Part shown: piece by piece, positions 1 to 8,343 of the stretch
Layout: each line of letters opens with the position of its first letter
Position numbering within the stretch: the first letter of the stretch is position 1
Made by a program: the position numbers and the translations under genes
IMG/VR virus record: IMGVR_UViG_3300035670_000166
Length of the DNA stretch: 64,000 nucleotides
Origin: an uncultured virus (IMG/VR IMGVR_UViG_3300035670_000166)
Taxonomy: Duplodnaviria > Heunggongvirae > Uroviricota > Caudoviricetes
Strand: one strand, 5' to 3'
The notes under the pieces: generated by a model
What the model was told of the DNA's origin: nothing
Seen by the model: the letters and a program-made list of their open reading frames with translations, nothing else
Database searches by the model: none

Positions 1-152
1 GCGATGGCCTCAGCGCTGGAGGTATGGGCCAAAACAACGACCCCACAAGCTCCACAGGCTTATTCGCCGCGTTGAACATCAAACTACGCGGCTTCAAAAA
101 GGGCATTGATACTACCAATGCCAATGTCATCCGTCTCGACATGGTGCTTTGA
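1..152 (+). CDS. 3' end of a CDS truncated by the window edge (probably a tail or tail-fibre protein)
   Basis: Open frame from position 3 (DGLSAGG...VIRLDMVL) ending TGA at 150-152 and overlapping the next ORF; lies upstream of the tail fibre module. Confidence 0.5.
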   Translation, partial: DGLSAGGMGQNNDPTSSTGLFAALNIKLRGFKKGIDTTNANVIRLDMVL

Positions 153-511
153 TCATGACCATCTCTTTCTCCATCGAGCTCCTCAAAACCCCCGCTGTCG
201 TCACCGAGCTTGGCGACATGTCCGACGTACTTGTAGAAGTGCAGTACCGCCTATGCGGCTTTGACGGCACACGCTATGCCTACCGCACCGGGACCGCTAC
301 CTTCCCCGCCCCCGAGCCCGATGGCTTTTTGCCGTACAACACCCTTACCCCGGATGTAGTCAAACAGTGGACCGAGGATGCTGCTTCCGATGACATCACA
401 GAACTACAAACCGAGATCGAATTCGAACTTGCACAGCCCGTGCAAGAGCTGAAGCCCTTGCCTTGGCTTATGCCCAGCCTCGGTAACATAGGCATAATGC
501 CCGCCCCTTGA
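149..511 (+). CDS. Small tail-fibre-associated protein, paralog of 2464..2781
   Basis: Shares the V.Y...FDG...G....AP....PY..LTP..V..W......LPW pattern with the 2464..2781 ORF; flanks the tail fibre gene. Confidence 0.6.
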   Translation: MIMTISFSIELLKTPAVVTELGDMSDVLVEVQYRLCGFDGTRYAYRTGTATFPAPEPDGFLPYNTLTPDVVKQWTEDAASDDITELQTEIEFELAQPVQELKPLPWLMPSLGNIGIMPAP

Positions 512-516
512 TCGTT

Positions 517-2367
517 GTGGCCAATACAAAGATTACCGAGCTGACACAGCTTACCAACCCCGTTAGCACTGACGTGCTTCCCATTGTTGATGTAGGGGCT
601 GATGTCACCAGGAAAATCAGCATTGCAGATCTACTAAAAAATGCAAGTACTGGCACTGCTGATGCTCCCGGTATTGCATTCGATGGGCGTAGTCGAAATG
701 GCATCTACTCCCCCGGCGCAGATCAAGTCGCAATTTCTACCAATGGCACTGGGCGGTTGTTTGTTGATGCGAGTGGGAATGTTGGTCTCAATGCTTCAAC
801 GCCAAATAACTATGGTGCCGGGTACAACGTTTTTACAGTAAACGGCTCAACTTCTCCCGTCATTGACTTGAATGTTGGCGGAACTAGAACAGCTACGTTT
901 TATGCTTTTTCTACAAACACTTTAATTGGCACCCAGACCTCTACGCCACTTCAGATAATTACAAATGGAACGGAAAAGGCCCGCATCACATCGGACGGGA
1001 AACTAGGTCTGGGGTCTTCTGCCCCAGGCGCGAAGTTGCAAATCTCAGACACATTTGCATCGGCAGGTACGAAGGACTATCTGCGTCTGCAGTCGGAATC
1101 TGGGATAGATGGGTGTGTAATGCGTATCTCTGGAACTGGTTATCCAGGCACTACGCAAAGCGCCATTGATCTTATCCAAAACGCCGGGACCAACTTCCAA
1201 AGTCAGATTGCGTTCAGTACCAGTGCAGGTGCAGGTGCTGTTGAGAGGGTTCGCATCACTTCGACAGGAGCGGTAGGGATTGGCACTGCGAGCGTTAGCG
1301 CAAACCTTCACATTGGAGACGCAAATGGGAAGCTGCGTATCGGTATTGACGCTTCTTCTCAGTATTTAGATGTCTATCGAGATAATGCTACTGGATTTAC
1401 TGTATACAATGCAGCGCAGCCCGGGACATTTAGGGCACACGTATGGCAGCTCGGTGGGACAGAGGCAGCCCGCATCGACAGCTCCGGCAGGTTGTTAGTT
1501 GGCACGTCTAGTGCGCGCGGCAACTTCTTTAATACAGATTTCCTTACTAGCAGGCTTCAAGTAGAAGATTCCACTCACCCAGTCATAAGCTCTACAAAGA
1601 ATGCTAATGACGAGTTTCCGTCATATTTGGTACTTGCCAAAACGCGCGGTACTGGTAACACCATTGTCAACAGCGGTGATAGTATTGGCGCCGTTTCATT
1701 CCAAGGCAATGATGGATCAGAATTTGTAGGTGCCGCAGAGATTGTTGCTCAAGTCGACGGCACCCCCGGCACTAACGACATGCCGGGCAGGCTCATCTTT
1801 TCTACCACCGCCGACGGAGCGAGCAGCCCGACGGAGCGGATGAGGATTAGGAACAATGGAGAAATTAGTTGCTATCAAACCGGGAGTGCCGCTCTTGTCT
1901 TAAGGAGTTCTCAAGCTGCGGGTACAGCTAATAGCCTGATTGTAGGTATTCATTCTGGAACCGGTATGGATGCCGGCGGGGCAATTTCTTTTTATGTATA
2001 TACAAACGGCAACGTTCAAAACACCAATAACTCCTACGGAGCTATCTCCGACATCAAGCTAAAGGAGAACATCGTTGACGCCAACTCCCAATGGGATGAC
2101 CTAAAGGCCCTGCAGGTCCGCAACTACAACTTCAAGGAAGGGCAAACCCACACCCAGATTGGTCTTGTCGCCCAAGAGGTTGAACTTGTCTCTCCCGGCC
2201 TCGTCAGCGAATCCCCAGACCGTGACGAAGAAGGCAACGACCTTGGAACCGTCACCAAGAGCGTCAACTATTCGGTGCTCTATATGAAGGCAGTCAAGGC
2301 GTTGCAGGAAGCAATGGAGCGGATCGAGGTGTTGGAACAGCGTCTCACTGATGCTGGTATCGCCTAG
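517..2367 (+). CDS. Tail fibre protein with C-terminal intramolecular chaperone (peptidase S74-like) domain
   Basis: N-terminal KITELTQL..DVLPIVD anchor; repeated E(R/K)xRI.S.G..G.G units; C-terminal SDIKLKENI...GLVAQEVE...VNY...KALQE coiled coil. Start taken as GTG 517 (ORF track starts at 508). Confidence 0.85.
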   Translation: MANTKITELTQLTNPVSTDVLPIVDVGADVTRKISIADLLKNASTGTADAPGIAFDGRSRNGIYSPGADQVAISTNGTGRLFVDASGNVGLNASTPNNYGAGYNVFTVNGSTSPVIDLNVGGTRTATFYAFSTNTLIGTQTSTPLQIITNGTEKARITSDGKLGLGSSAPGAKLQISDTFASAGTKDYLRLQSESGIDGCVMRISGTGYPGTTQSAIDLIQNAGTNFQSQIAFSTSAGAGAVERVRITSTGAVGIGTASVSANLHIGDANGKLRIGIDASSQYLDVYRDNATGFTVYNAAQPGTFRAHVWQLGGTEAARIDSSGRLLVGTSSARGNFFNTDFLTSRLQVEDSTHPVISSTKNANDEFPSYLVLAKTRGTGNTIVNSGDSIGAVSFQGNDGSEFVGAAEIVAQVDGTPGTNDMPGRLIFSTTADGASSPTERMRIRNNGEISCYQTGSAALVLRSSQAAGTANSLIVGIHSGTGMDAGGAISFYVYTNGNVQNTNNSYGAISDIKLKENIVDANSQWDDLKALQVRNYNFKEGQTHTQIGLVAQEVELVSPGLVSESPDRDEEGNDLGTVTKSVNYSVLYMKAVKALQEAMERIEVLEQRLTDAGIA

Positions 2368-2396
2368 ACCTCTTAGCCCTACTCACTGATCTCCCT

Positions 2397-2425
2397 AGGA
2401 CGGCTTTCCGCCGTCCTTTTCTTTT
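2397..2425 (+). terminator. Rho-independent terminator
   Basis: AGGACGGC-TTTCC-GCCGTCCT hairpin followed by TTTCTTTT. Confidence 0.7.
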
Positions 2426-2463
2426 GCCATTCATTAAACTAAGAAAGACCATTCTTTTTAACC

Positions 2464-2781
2464 ATGGCTACTGAATTCACTTGGGGCGTCGCTCAGCTTG
2501 AGCGGCAGCTTTCAGACGGCACGGTGTACACCGTTCATTACACCATTGAAGCTTTTGATGGCACTTATCGTTCTTCGGCTTACGGCAGTCTTGGCCTTGA
2601 GGCTCCCGACGAAGACGAAATGATTCCCTACGCCGATCTCACGCCTGAAATTGTCATGGAATGGGTGAAGGAAAAATTTGGCGAGGAGAAGGTGGAAGAG
2701 ATCCACCAGGCCCTCTCGGCGCAGATCGCAGAGCAGCGTGCTCCAAAAGTCGCCCAAGGGTTGCCCTGGGCTGCCGCCTAA
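2464..2781 (+). CDS. Small tail-fibre-associated protein
   Basis: 105 aa; paralog of 149..511; ends GLPW. Confidence 0.65.
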   Translation: MATEFTWGVAQLERQLSDGTVYTVHYTIEAFDGTYRSSAYGSLGLEAPDEDEMIPYADLTPEIVMEWVKEKFGEEKVEEIHQALSAQIAEQRAPKVAQGLPWAAA

Positions 2782-3046
2782 TCGACCCCTCTAAACAAAC
2801 GGCCGGGTACCTCGCGGTCCCGGCCACACCCCGGCGTTAATGTCGCGTAACGACTCCACACGCCTTGGCCACAAAAAGTAAGACCGGTGTATCAGCCGCC
2901 CGTCTCACCTTTAAGCAAGGAAGGCCAAAAACGACAAGCCAGGGGCAAGGCCAGAATTCCCGCCCCAACCGCCGAGGACGTAAAAAACTACGCGGACAGG
3001 GCCACTAATCAGCCTCGCTACGCTGGTTTGTACGCTCCGCTCTGTC

Positions 3047-3292
3047 GTGATTGAAGTAGCCGCAGCCGTCGTCGGCGCCGCCATCACTGTCGGAGCGATG
3101 GGCGTCGGTGGCGCTAACCGCAGCGCACGCGACGGGCGCGAAGCCGTCATCAAGCTCACCGCCGCCGTCGAGAACGTCGCCCTCCGCCTCGAAGAGCTCC
3201 ACGTCGACATCAAGGCCGACCGCAAAGAGACCTACCAACGCATCAACGGCCTCGAGCAGCGCGTCGCCAAGCTCGAAGCCACCTCGACATGA
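3047..3292 (+). CDS. Small membrane-anchored coiled-coil protein (holin-like / lysis-associated)
   Basis: N-terminal hydrophobic helix plus C-terminal coiled coil (RINGLEQRVAKLE); near the endolysin. Confidence 0.55.
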   Translation: MIEVAAAVVGAAITVGAMGVGGANRSARDGREAVIKLTAAVENVALRLEELHVDIKADRKETYQRINGLEQRVAKLEATST

Positions 3293-3534
3293 ACCACCCC
3301 ACCATCGTGACGCTGGTTCTGCGCCTTCTGGTCGGGTGCTACGGCTACATGATGGTGATGGCCAGCGCCAACGTCGCCAGCTGCGAATGGCGCCGCCCTG
3401 GCCAATGTGGCAACCAATGGACCCAAGCCTTCACCGTCGCCGGGGGCGCGACCTCAACGATGTGGGCCTACATCACCGACAGCCCCAACAGCACGAGCTC
3501 GGTGCGCAAACGCAATAGCCCACCTACCTCCTAA
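3289..3534 (+). CDS. Small membrane protein (possible holin)
   Basis: Two hydrophobic segments, basic C-terminus, ATGA overlap with the upstream gene. Confidence 0.5.
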   Translation: MNHPTIVTLVLRLLVGCYGYMMVMASANVASCEWRRPGQCGNQWTQAFTVAGGATSTMWAYITDSPNSTSSVRKRNSPPTS

Positions 3535-3538
3535 CCTC

Positions 3539-3847
3539 ATGTCCCTCCGCACCCTGATCGACGGTCTGATCGCCTTCCTCGTCATGGGTCTCACCGAGGC
3601 CGTGATCAAGCCCTTGGCCAAAGCCGTCATCGACCGCCCGCTGCGCAAAGCCCTGCCCTACGTCTACGAGCGCCTCGATGACGAGATGCCAACGCTCCTG
3701 CGCACCGCCAACCCAGAGGTGATGACCGCCGAGATCGCCGCCTCCATCGCCAAAGCCACCGGCAACCCCGCCACCGCCCGCCAGATCGAGCAAGTCGTCG
3801 CTCTGTACTCCCCGATCAAGGCCACCCTGCGGAACGCAAAACGATGA
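3539..3847 (+). CDS. Hypothetical protein with N-terminal hydrophobic helix
   Basis: ATG 3539; phage-typical C-ending codon usage. Confidence 0.55.
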   Translation: MSLRTLIDGLIAFLVMGLTEAVIKPLAKAVIDRPLRKALPYVYERLDDEMPTLLRTANPEVMTAEIAASIAKATGNPATARQIEQVVALYSPIKATLRNAKR

Positions 3848-3892
3848 TCAACGCCTCACGTCATCCGTAAAATTGGGGATCACCAAAGAACC

Positions 3893-4246
3893 ATGACACA
3901 GAAAATCGTAGACGGAGATCGTTACACCGAGGTTTACGTCAAAGTAGATCCCGACTCACCTTTATACGTTGAACCCCTCGGGATCACCGGAACCGCTTAC
4001 CAACTCGCCGCAACTGCTACTAGCACCAACACTCAGCTCACTGCAAACTGCAAACGACTCACCATGCGAGCAGTGGGTGCTGACATTAGATACCAAGTAG
4101 GAAGCGCAGCCCAAACCGCAACCGCCGAAAGTCACTTCATCGCAAACGGAGAACGCCTAGACATCGGACTCCCTTCTACACCTCACATTGCGATTCTCCG
4201 TAATGCAAGCACAAACGGCACTTTAGAAGTCACCGAGCTACTGTAA
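3893..4246 (+). CDS. Hypothetical beta-rich virion-like protein
   Basis: 117 aa ORF with a clear start; Thr-rich beta-strand pattern. Confidence 0.55.
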   Translation: MTQKIVDGDRYTEVYVKVDPDSPLYVEPLGITGTAYQLAATATSTNTQLTANCKRLTMRAVGADIRYQVGSAAQTATAESHFIANGERLDIGLPSTPHIAILRNASTNGTLEVTELL

Positions 4247-4401
4247 TGCGACTAAGCGCGACTAAGATTTCACCTTACAGAATCGGTCAATCCCAGCGAT
4301 TCATGATCGTAGTGGCGCCGCTTATTGCCCAGGACGGCTCACTTCTAATTACACAAGACAGCAATCAAATTGTGGCATCCATTCTGAGCCAACCGCAGTA
4401 A
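4246..4401 (+). CDS. Small hypothetical protein (51 aa)
   Basis: TAATG coupling with the upstream gene; MRLSATK...LIAQDGSLLITQD motif. Confidence 0.4.
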   Translation: MRLSATKISPYRIGQSQRFMIVVAPLIAQDGSLLITQDSNQIVASILSQPQ

Positions 4402-4460
4402 GCTAGTCCCAGTAACACCCCCTCAGCCTCTCCATGGAAGCTCAAACCTGGGGGGGCACT

Positions 4461-4532
4461 GGGTCGGTAGTCCATTGGTAAGGACAGGTGGACAACGCAC
4501 TCGGAGAGTCGGTTCGATTCCGACACGACCCT
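4461..4532 (+). ncRNA. tRNA-like element with aberrant (15-nt) anticodon arm
   Basis: Acceptor stem GGGTCG/CGACCC, D-arm GTCC-ATTGGTAA-GGAC, T-arm GTCGG-TTCGATT-CCGAC; anticodon arm GGTG-GACAACG-CACT has only 4 bp and no U33. Confidence 0.65.
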
Positions 4533-4718
4533 TGAACGCCAAATTTGGCGCTGATTAGAAGTTCGTTAGGCTTTGAGCGATAGCGCCCAGGCCCCTGTCC
4601 CCGCACGCCTGGGTCATCCCCACACCAAAGGAAAGGTCCCCGGCGCCTCTACATATTGGCAATTACATTGTCAACGCCAATACCTCAAACCCGCTGCCCC
4701 GCAACGGATCTAGGCGCT

Positions 4719-4862
4719 TCACTTCCTTCCGAAATCCGGCCCCGGGTCGCGCCCCGTCGTCAGCACCGCCACCGCCCTCGTATAGAAGGGGCTGCTGGTT
4801 TTGCCGGAGCGCTCCAGCGCCTCTTTGACCTTCGCCCAGTTCTCCCGAGTGCGGTCATCCAT
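4719..4862 (-). CDS. Small cyanophage-type protein (47 aa)
   Basis: MDDRTRENWAKVKEALERSGKTSSPFYTRAVAVL; TGATG-coupled to the endolysin stop; not in the ORF track. Confidence 0.6.
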   Translation of the reverse strand: MDDRTRENWAKVKEALERSGKTSSPFYTRAVAVLTTGRDPGPDFGRK

Positions 4863-6007
4863 CAGTAGATCCACTCCGCCGCGGGCCTGACCCCGGCACC
4901 CGGCACAAAGCCACCGCCACCGCGCACGTCGAGGTGCACGAAGCCACGCGGCCTCCCATCACCCAGCCCCCCGGTCCACCGAGTGCGAATCCACTGGTAG
5001 AAGCTGTCCAGGCTCCGGTCCACCGGGTAGAGGTCGAACGCCTCCCCGAGGACGTGCCTCGAGCCCGGCACCCCTCCTACCTGGGCATTGATCGGCTCCG
5101 GCCTGTAGAAGCTCGTCACGCCCAGGGGGCGCCCCCACGCCTCGCGCACTCTCTGAAACTCCGCCGCGGTGCGCAGCAACCGAGTCCGCACCGAAGCCGC
5201 CGGCCCGGGGATCCGGCGCTTGTCCCATTGCACGATCTCGCCCACCGTCAGGTTCGGCGTCACCAAGCAGTTGAAGTCGCTCCAGTCGACCTCGGCCTGC
5301 ATCGCTTCACCAGCGCCGATCACCTTGCGCCAGTGCGGCTCATACAAGAACCACGTCCCGGCACCTGCCGCGAGCTCCACCTGCGCGTGCCCATCCGCCG
5401 GACACTCGGCGTATGCAACAACCGCATAGTCCCGCCCCTTCGGGCAGCTCACCTTCTCCTTCTCCCCGAGCTCGGTGGCCTGCACCGGCTCCTTCTTCAG
5501 CCAGGTGTCCTGCGTCGCCTCGATCCGGTACAGAATTGCCTTCGGCGATGCCTTCACCACGGGCTTCGCTGGCTCACTCTGCGGCGCATGCTCCCCGAGC
5601 AGCGTGATCAGCTTCTGGGCGTACTGCGGATCCGTGGCGTAGCCCTGCTTGACCAGCTCCTTGGCCGCAGCCTCCAGCGTCGGCGCCCGGTCCACCCCCT
5701 CGTACTGGTCCCAGTCCTTGTACCACCGAGTCACGAGGTACCGCACGCACGCCCCGAGATCGGGGAAGTCCATGAACTCGGCATCGAGATGCACCCGAGC
5801 TCCGTTGACGAACTCAGTCGTCGGCTTGACCGTGCCCTTGCCCTTGATCCCAAATGCGTTGTTCCTCCCACTCATGTGCTTACCGAATCCGCTCTCGAGG
5901 GCCCATTGAGCGGCGACCAACGACACATGCTTCGCCCCTGCATCCTTGGCCGCCTGCTCAACGCCCTCCCAGGTATTGGGGTACGTCTTCGGCTTCGTGC
6001 CGGCCAT
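4862..6007 (-). CDS. Endolysin: N-terminal glucosaminidase (GH73-like) plus C-terminal peptidase M15
   Basis: AQWALESGFG...NAFGIKG...GYATDPQY (GH73 motifs); SFYRPEPINAQVGG..SRH...A.D...HLDVR (M15 Zn peptidase motifs). Confidence 0.85.
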   Translation of the reverse strand: MAGTKPKTYPNTWEGVEQAAKDAGAKHVSLVAAQWALESGFGKHMSGRNNAFGIKGKGTVKPTTEFVNGARVHLDAEFMDFPDLGACVRYLVTRWYKDWDQYEGVDRAPTLEAAAKELVKQGYATDPQYAQKLITLLGEHAPQSEPAKPVVKASPKAILYRIEATQDTWLKKEPVQATELGEKEKVSCPKGRDYAVVAYAECPADGHAQVELAAGAGTWFLYEPHWRKVIGAGEAMQAEVDWSDFNCLVTPNLTVGEIVQWDKRRIPGPAASVRTRLLRTAAEFQRVREAWGRPLGVTSFYRPEPINAQVGGVPGSRHVLGEAFDLYPVDRSLDSFYQWIRTRWTGGLGDGRPRGFVHLDVRGGGGFVPGAGVRPAAEWIY

Positions 6008-6123
6008 GCGCAAACCGCGTATTCACAAGGCTAGGCCTGATTCATGAATGAGCTATGTAAGCTTTGGGTGGGAGAGCACAGAGCCAACTGCCCCTCCCCG
6101 GACACCTGAATCCACCAAGTGCC

Positions 6124-6605
6124 ATGAGAATTTTGCCAGAAGAATGGCGGCCCATACCAGGCTACGAACACTATTGCGTATCAAACTCAGGGAACGTAAA
6201 GGGTCCCAGAGGCCATTTGCTTAAACTACACAACTCAGGGAACGCAGCAAACCACCTAAAATTTAACATTATTGATAGAGAATATAAGCGGCAGATAAGC
6301 ATGAAAGTACATAAAGCAGTCGCTCTAGCATTCTTAGGGCCAGCTCCTGAAGGGGCTATCATCTGTCACGGCTCAAAAGGCCCTAGAGACAATTCCATTG
6401 ACAATTGTACTACGCTTCCCACAAGCAGAATATGGGACCAGACAAATTTAGAGATGGCAAGCTGAACCATAAGCTATCACCTGGACAGGTACAAGTCATA
6501 AGAGCCGATACTAGATCTTGCCATGAACTGGCTCGTGTATATCAAGTAGACGCAAAAACGATTTGGAAGATAAAGAAACGCTTGACTTGGGCCTGGCTCG
6601 ACTAG
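6124..6605 (+). pseudogene. NUMOD4-HNH homing endonuclease with C-terminal HTH, frameshifted near 6404
   Basis: EEWRPIPGYE.Y.VSN.G.V (NUMOD4) and VHKAVALAF...ICH...DNSIDN continue as LYYASHKQN only in the -1 frame. Confidence 0.75.
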
Positions 6606-6607
6606 GG

Positions 6608-6626
6608 CGGCGCACAAACGGCCCAC
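6608..6626 (+). repeat. Putative integrase arm-type site (left of attP)
   Basis: CGGCGCAC-AAA-CGGCCCAC tandem with 11-bp period; matches 6841-6859. Confidence 0.55.
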
Positions 6627-6675
6627 AGCTTTCGCCTACAGCCCAAGAAGCATTGCTAGAACTAAGCTCTCCCGG

Positions 6676-6731
6676 GGTCTTGAAAACCGGCGAAGTGAAA
6701 GCTTCCGTGGGTTCGAATCCCACCCTCTCCG
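6676..6731 (+). mobile_element. attP core: 3' half of tRNA-Ser(TGA)
   Basis: GGTC-TTGAAA-ACCGG anticodon arm, long variable arm GAAG-TGAAAG-CTTC, T-arm GTGGG-TTCGAAT-CCCAC, acceptor 3' strand CCTCTCC-G; no 5' half present; adjacent to the integrase. Confidence 0.85.
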
Positions 6732-6746
6732 TTCCCAGAAACACTC

Positions 6747-6780
6747 AAGACTCCAGTCCACAACTGGGGTCTTTCTTTTT
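6747..6780 (+). terminator. Terminator downstream of attP (would serve the reconstituted host tRNA)
   Basis: AAGACTCCAGT-CCACA-ACTGGGGTCTT hairpin plus TCTTTT. Confidence 0.7.
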
Positions 6781-6840
6781 GCCTGGGGCGTTCTGGACTT
6801 CCCCTCTTCGCCTCTCTGCGCGAGACTTCGCGTGATAGAA

Positions 6841-6859
6841 CGGCTCACAACCGGCTCAC
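6841..6859 (+). repeat. Putative integrase arm-type site (right of attP)
   Basis: CGGCTCAC-AAC-CGGCTCAC tandem. Confidence 0.55.
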
Positions 6860-6866
6860 GTGCGCC

Positions 6867-7997
6867 GTGCTCGAACTCGCCCCCCTGAACAGCTCGCTCA
6901 AGGCTCGAGGCCTCCGCATGATGGTTGAACAACGGCGGCAGGGGCTAGCCGTCCGCGGCACCTTCCCCGAGCCCGACGGAACCAAAAAGCGGCGCTACAT
7001 CTCGCTGGACCTCAAGGCGGTTGCCCCCAACATCGTTACCGCCGAACTTCGCTGCCTCCAGCTCCATGCGGCAATCGAAGCCGGCACCTACCCTCCGACG
7101 CTCCCGTGGTCCACACCGGTCCACACCCCAGCGGAGCGCCCTGACGCACCCTTGAGCTGCGCCGCGGCGATCCACGCCTTCGAGACCCATTACTGGCAAG
7201 TACGCCCACGCACCCCAGCCTCGGAGCGCACTTGGTCTCGCATTTCCCTGGAGCTCAGACGCCTTCCCACTAAAGCCCCCTGCACACTTCAGCAGCTCTT
7301 AAAAACCGCCGCTGCGACACCGCCCGGCACCCGCACGCGGCTCGAGTGCTGCAAAGTCTTCAAGCGCCTCGCAAAACACCAGGGAATCCCCGGCAACCTC
7401 GAAGAGCTCTCCGCCCTCAAAGGCAACTACGAACCCGCTGACCGCACCATCCCCGAGGACGAAGCAATCCTCGCCCTACTCGACGCTCTCCGCCCGACGA
7501 AGTGGGGCTGGTGCTACGCCGCTCTGGCAGCGTTCGGCTGCCGCCCCGCCGAAGTCCCCTCGCTCGTGCTCCACGAGGACGGCACAGCCGACTGCCTCAC
7601 CATCAAACGCCGAAACCGCGCCCCCGCCAAGCGCACCTGCTTCGCACTACCGCGCGCATGGATCGCACGCTTTGACATTCAAAACATCTCAATCCCTGGT
7701 GGGACTCGCTGGACTCAACCTGACGAGTACAACTCCGCCCTCGGGAAGAAGTTCGTCGACTCCTGGCGCCACAGCCGTCGTTCGCAGGAGATCCGCCCAA
7801 TCATCGAAGCTCACCTCCCCGAGTTCGACCTGTACGACCTGCGCCACCGTTGGGCAATCCGCAGCATCGAGGGCGGCAAACGCCTGACGCTCTGCGCCCG
7901 AGCGATGGGCCACAGCGCCACGGTCCACGAGCAGACCTACCACCGTCACATCCAAGCCGCCGACCTTCGAACAGCCATGGCAACCGAGGCCGACTGA
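6867..7997 (+). CDS. int: Tyrosine recombinase / phage integrase
   Basis: FGCRPAE (catalytic Arg), YDLRHRWAIR, MGHS....EQTY (catalytic Tyr); next to attP. Confidence 0.9.
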   Translation: MLELAPLNSSLKARGLRMMVEQRRQGLAVRGTFPEPDGTKKRRYISLDLKAVAPNIVTAELRCLQLHAAIEAGTYPPTLPWSTPVHTPAERPDAPLSCAAAIHAFETHYWQVRPRTPASERTWSRISLELRRLPTKAPCTLQQLLKTAAATPPGTRTRLECCKVFKRLAKHQGIPGNLEELSALKGNYEPADRTIPEDEAILALLDALRPTKWGWCYAALAAFGCRPAEVPSLVLHEDGTADCLTIKRRNRAPAKRTCFALPRAWIARFDIQNISIPGGTRWTQPDEYNSALGKKFVDSWRHSRRSQEIRPIIEAHLPEFDLYDLRHRWAIRSIEGGKRLTLCARAMGHSATVHEQTYHRHIQAADLRTAMATEAD

Positions 7998-7999
7998 GC

Positions 8000-8272
8000 T
8001 CAGCGGAGCCCGAGATCCCGCAAGGCCAACTCGCGGTGGTACCGGTAGTTGAACGTCTTACCCCGAGCTTCACGCTTGAAGCTGGCTTGCCCCAAGCGAC
8101 CGCTTGAGACATAGCTCTGCAGTGTCCGAGGGGTGACCCCGCAAAGCTTGCTCATCTCAGTGGGCGTCAGCCAAGTGCGATCGACAGCCGGCAGAGCTTG
8201 CTCCAACTGCTCAAGACGCTGGCTGATGGAGCGGAGCTCCTGAAGAATGACAACCCCGAGGTCGGCAGCCAC
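8000..8272 (-). CDS. Excisionase-like HTH DNA-binding protein
   Basis: WLTPTEMSKLCGVTPRTLQSYV winged-HTH; convergent with the integrase. Confidence 0.7.
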   Translation of the reverse strand: MAADLGVVILQELRSISQRLEQLEQALPAVDRTWLTPTEMSKLCGVTPRTLQSYVSSGRLGQASFKREARGKTFNYRYHRELALRDLGLR

Positions 8273-8343
8273 GACTCACGCGCATCTACGCGAAGACTAG
8301 CGCATTCACGTCTTGGTTGGAGCTCCACCCCAGAGCGAACTGG

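Noticed and set aside
508..2367. Diversity-generating retroelement acting on the tail fibre
   Set aside because: No reverse transcriptase and no template/variable repeat pair seen in the window
4656..4868. Plus-strand 70-aa ORF
   Set aside because: The minus-strand 47-aa ORF coupled to the endolysin stop is the more plausible gene
6637..6731. Full tRNA-Ser gene
   Set aside because: No 5' acceptor strand or D-arm upstream; only the 3' half is present, so it is called attP
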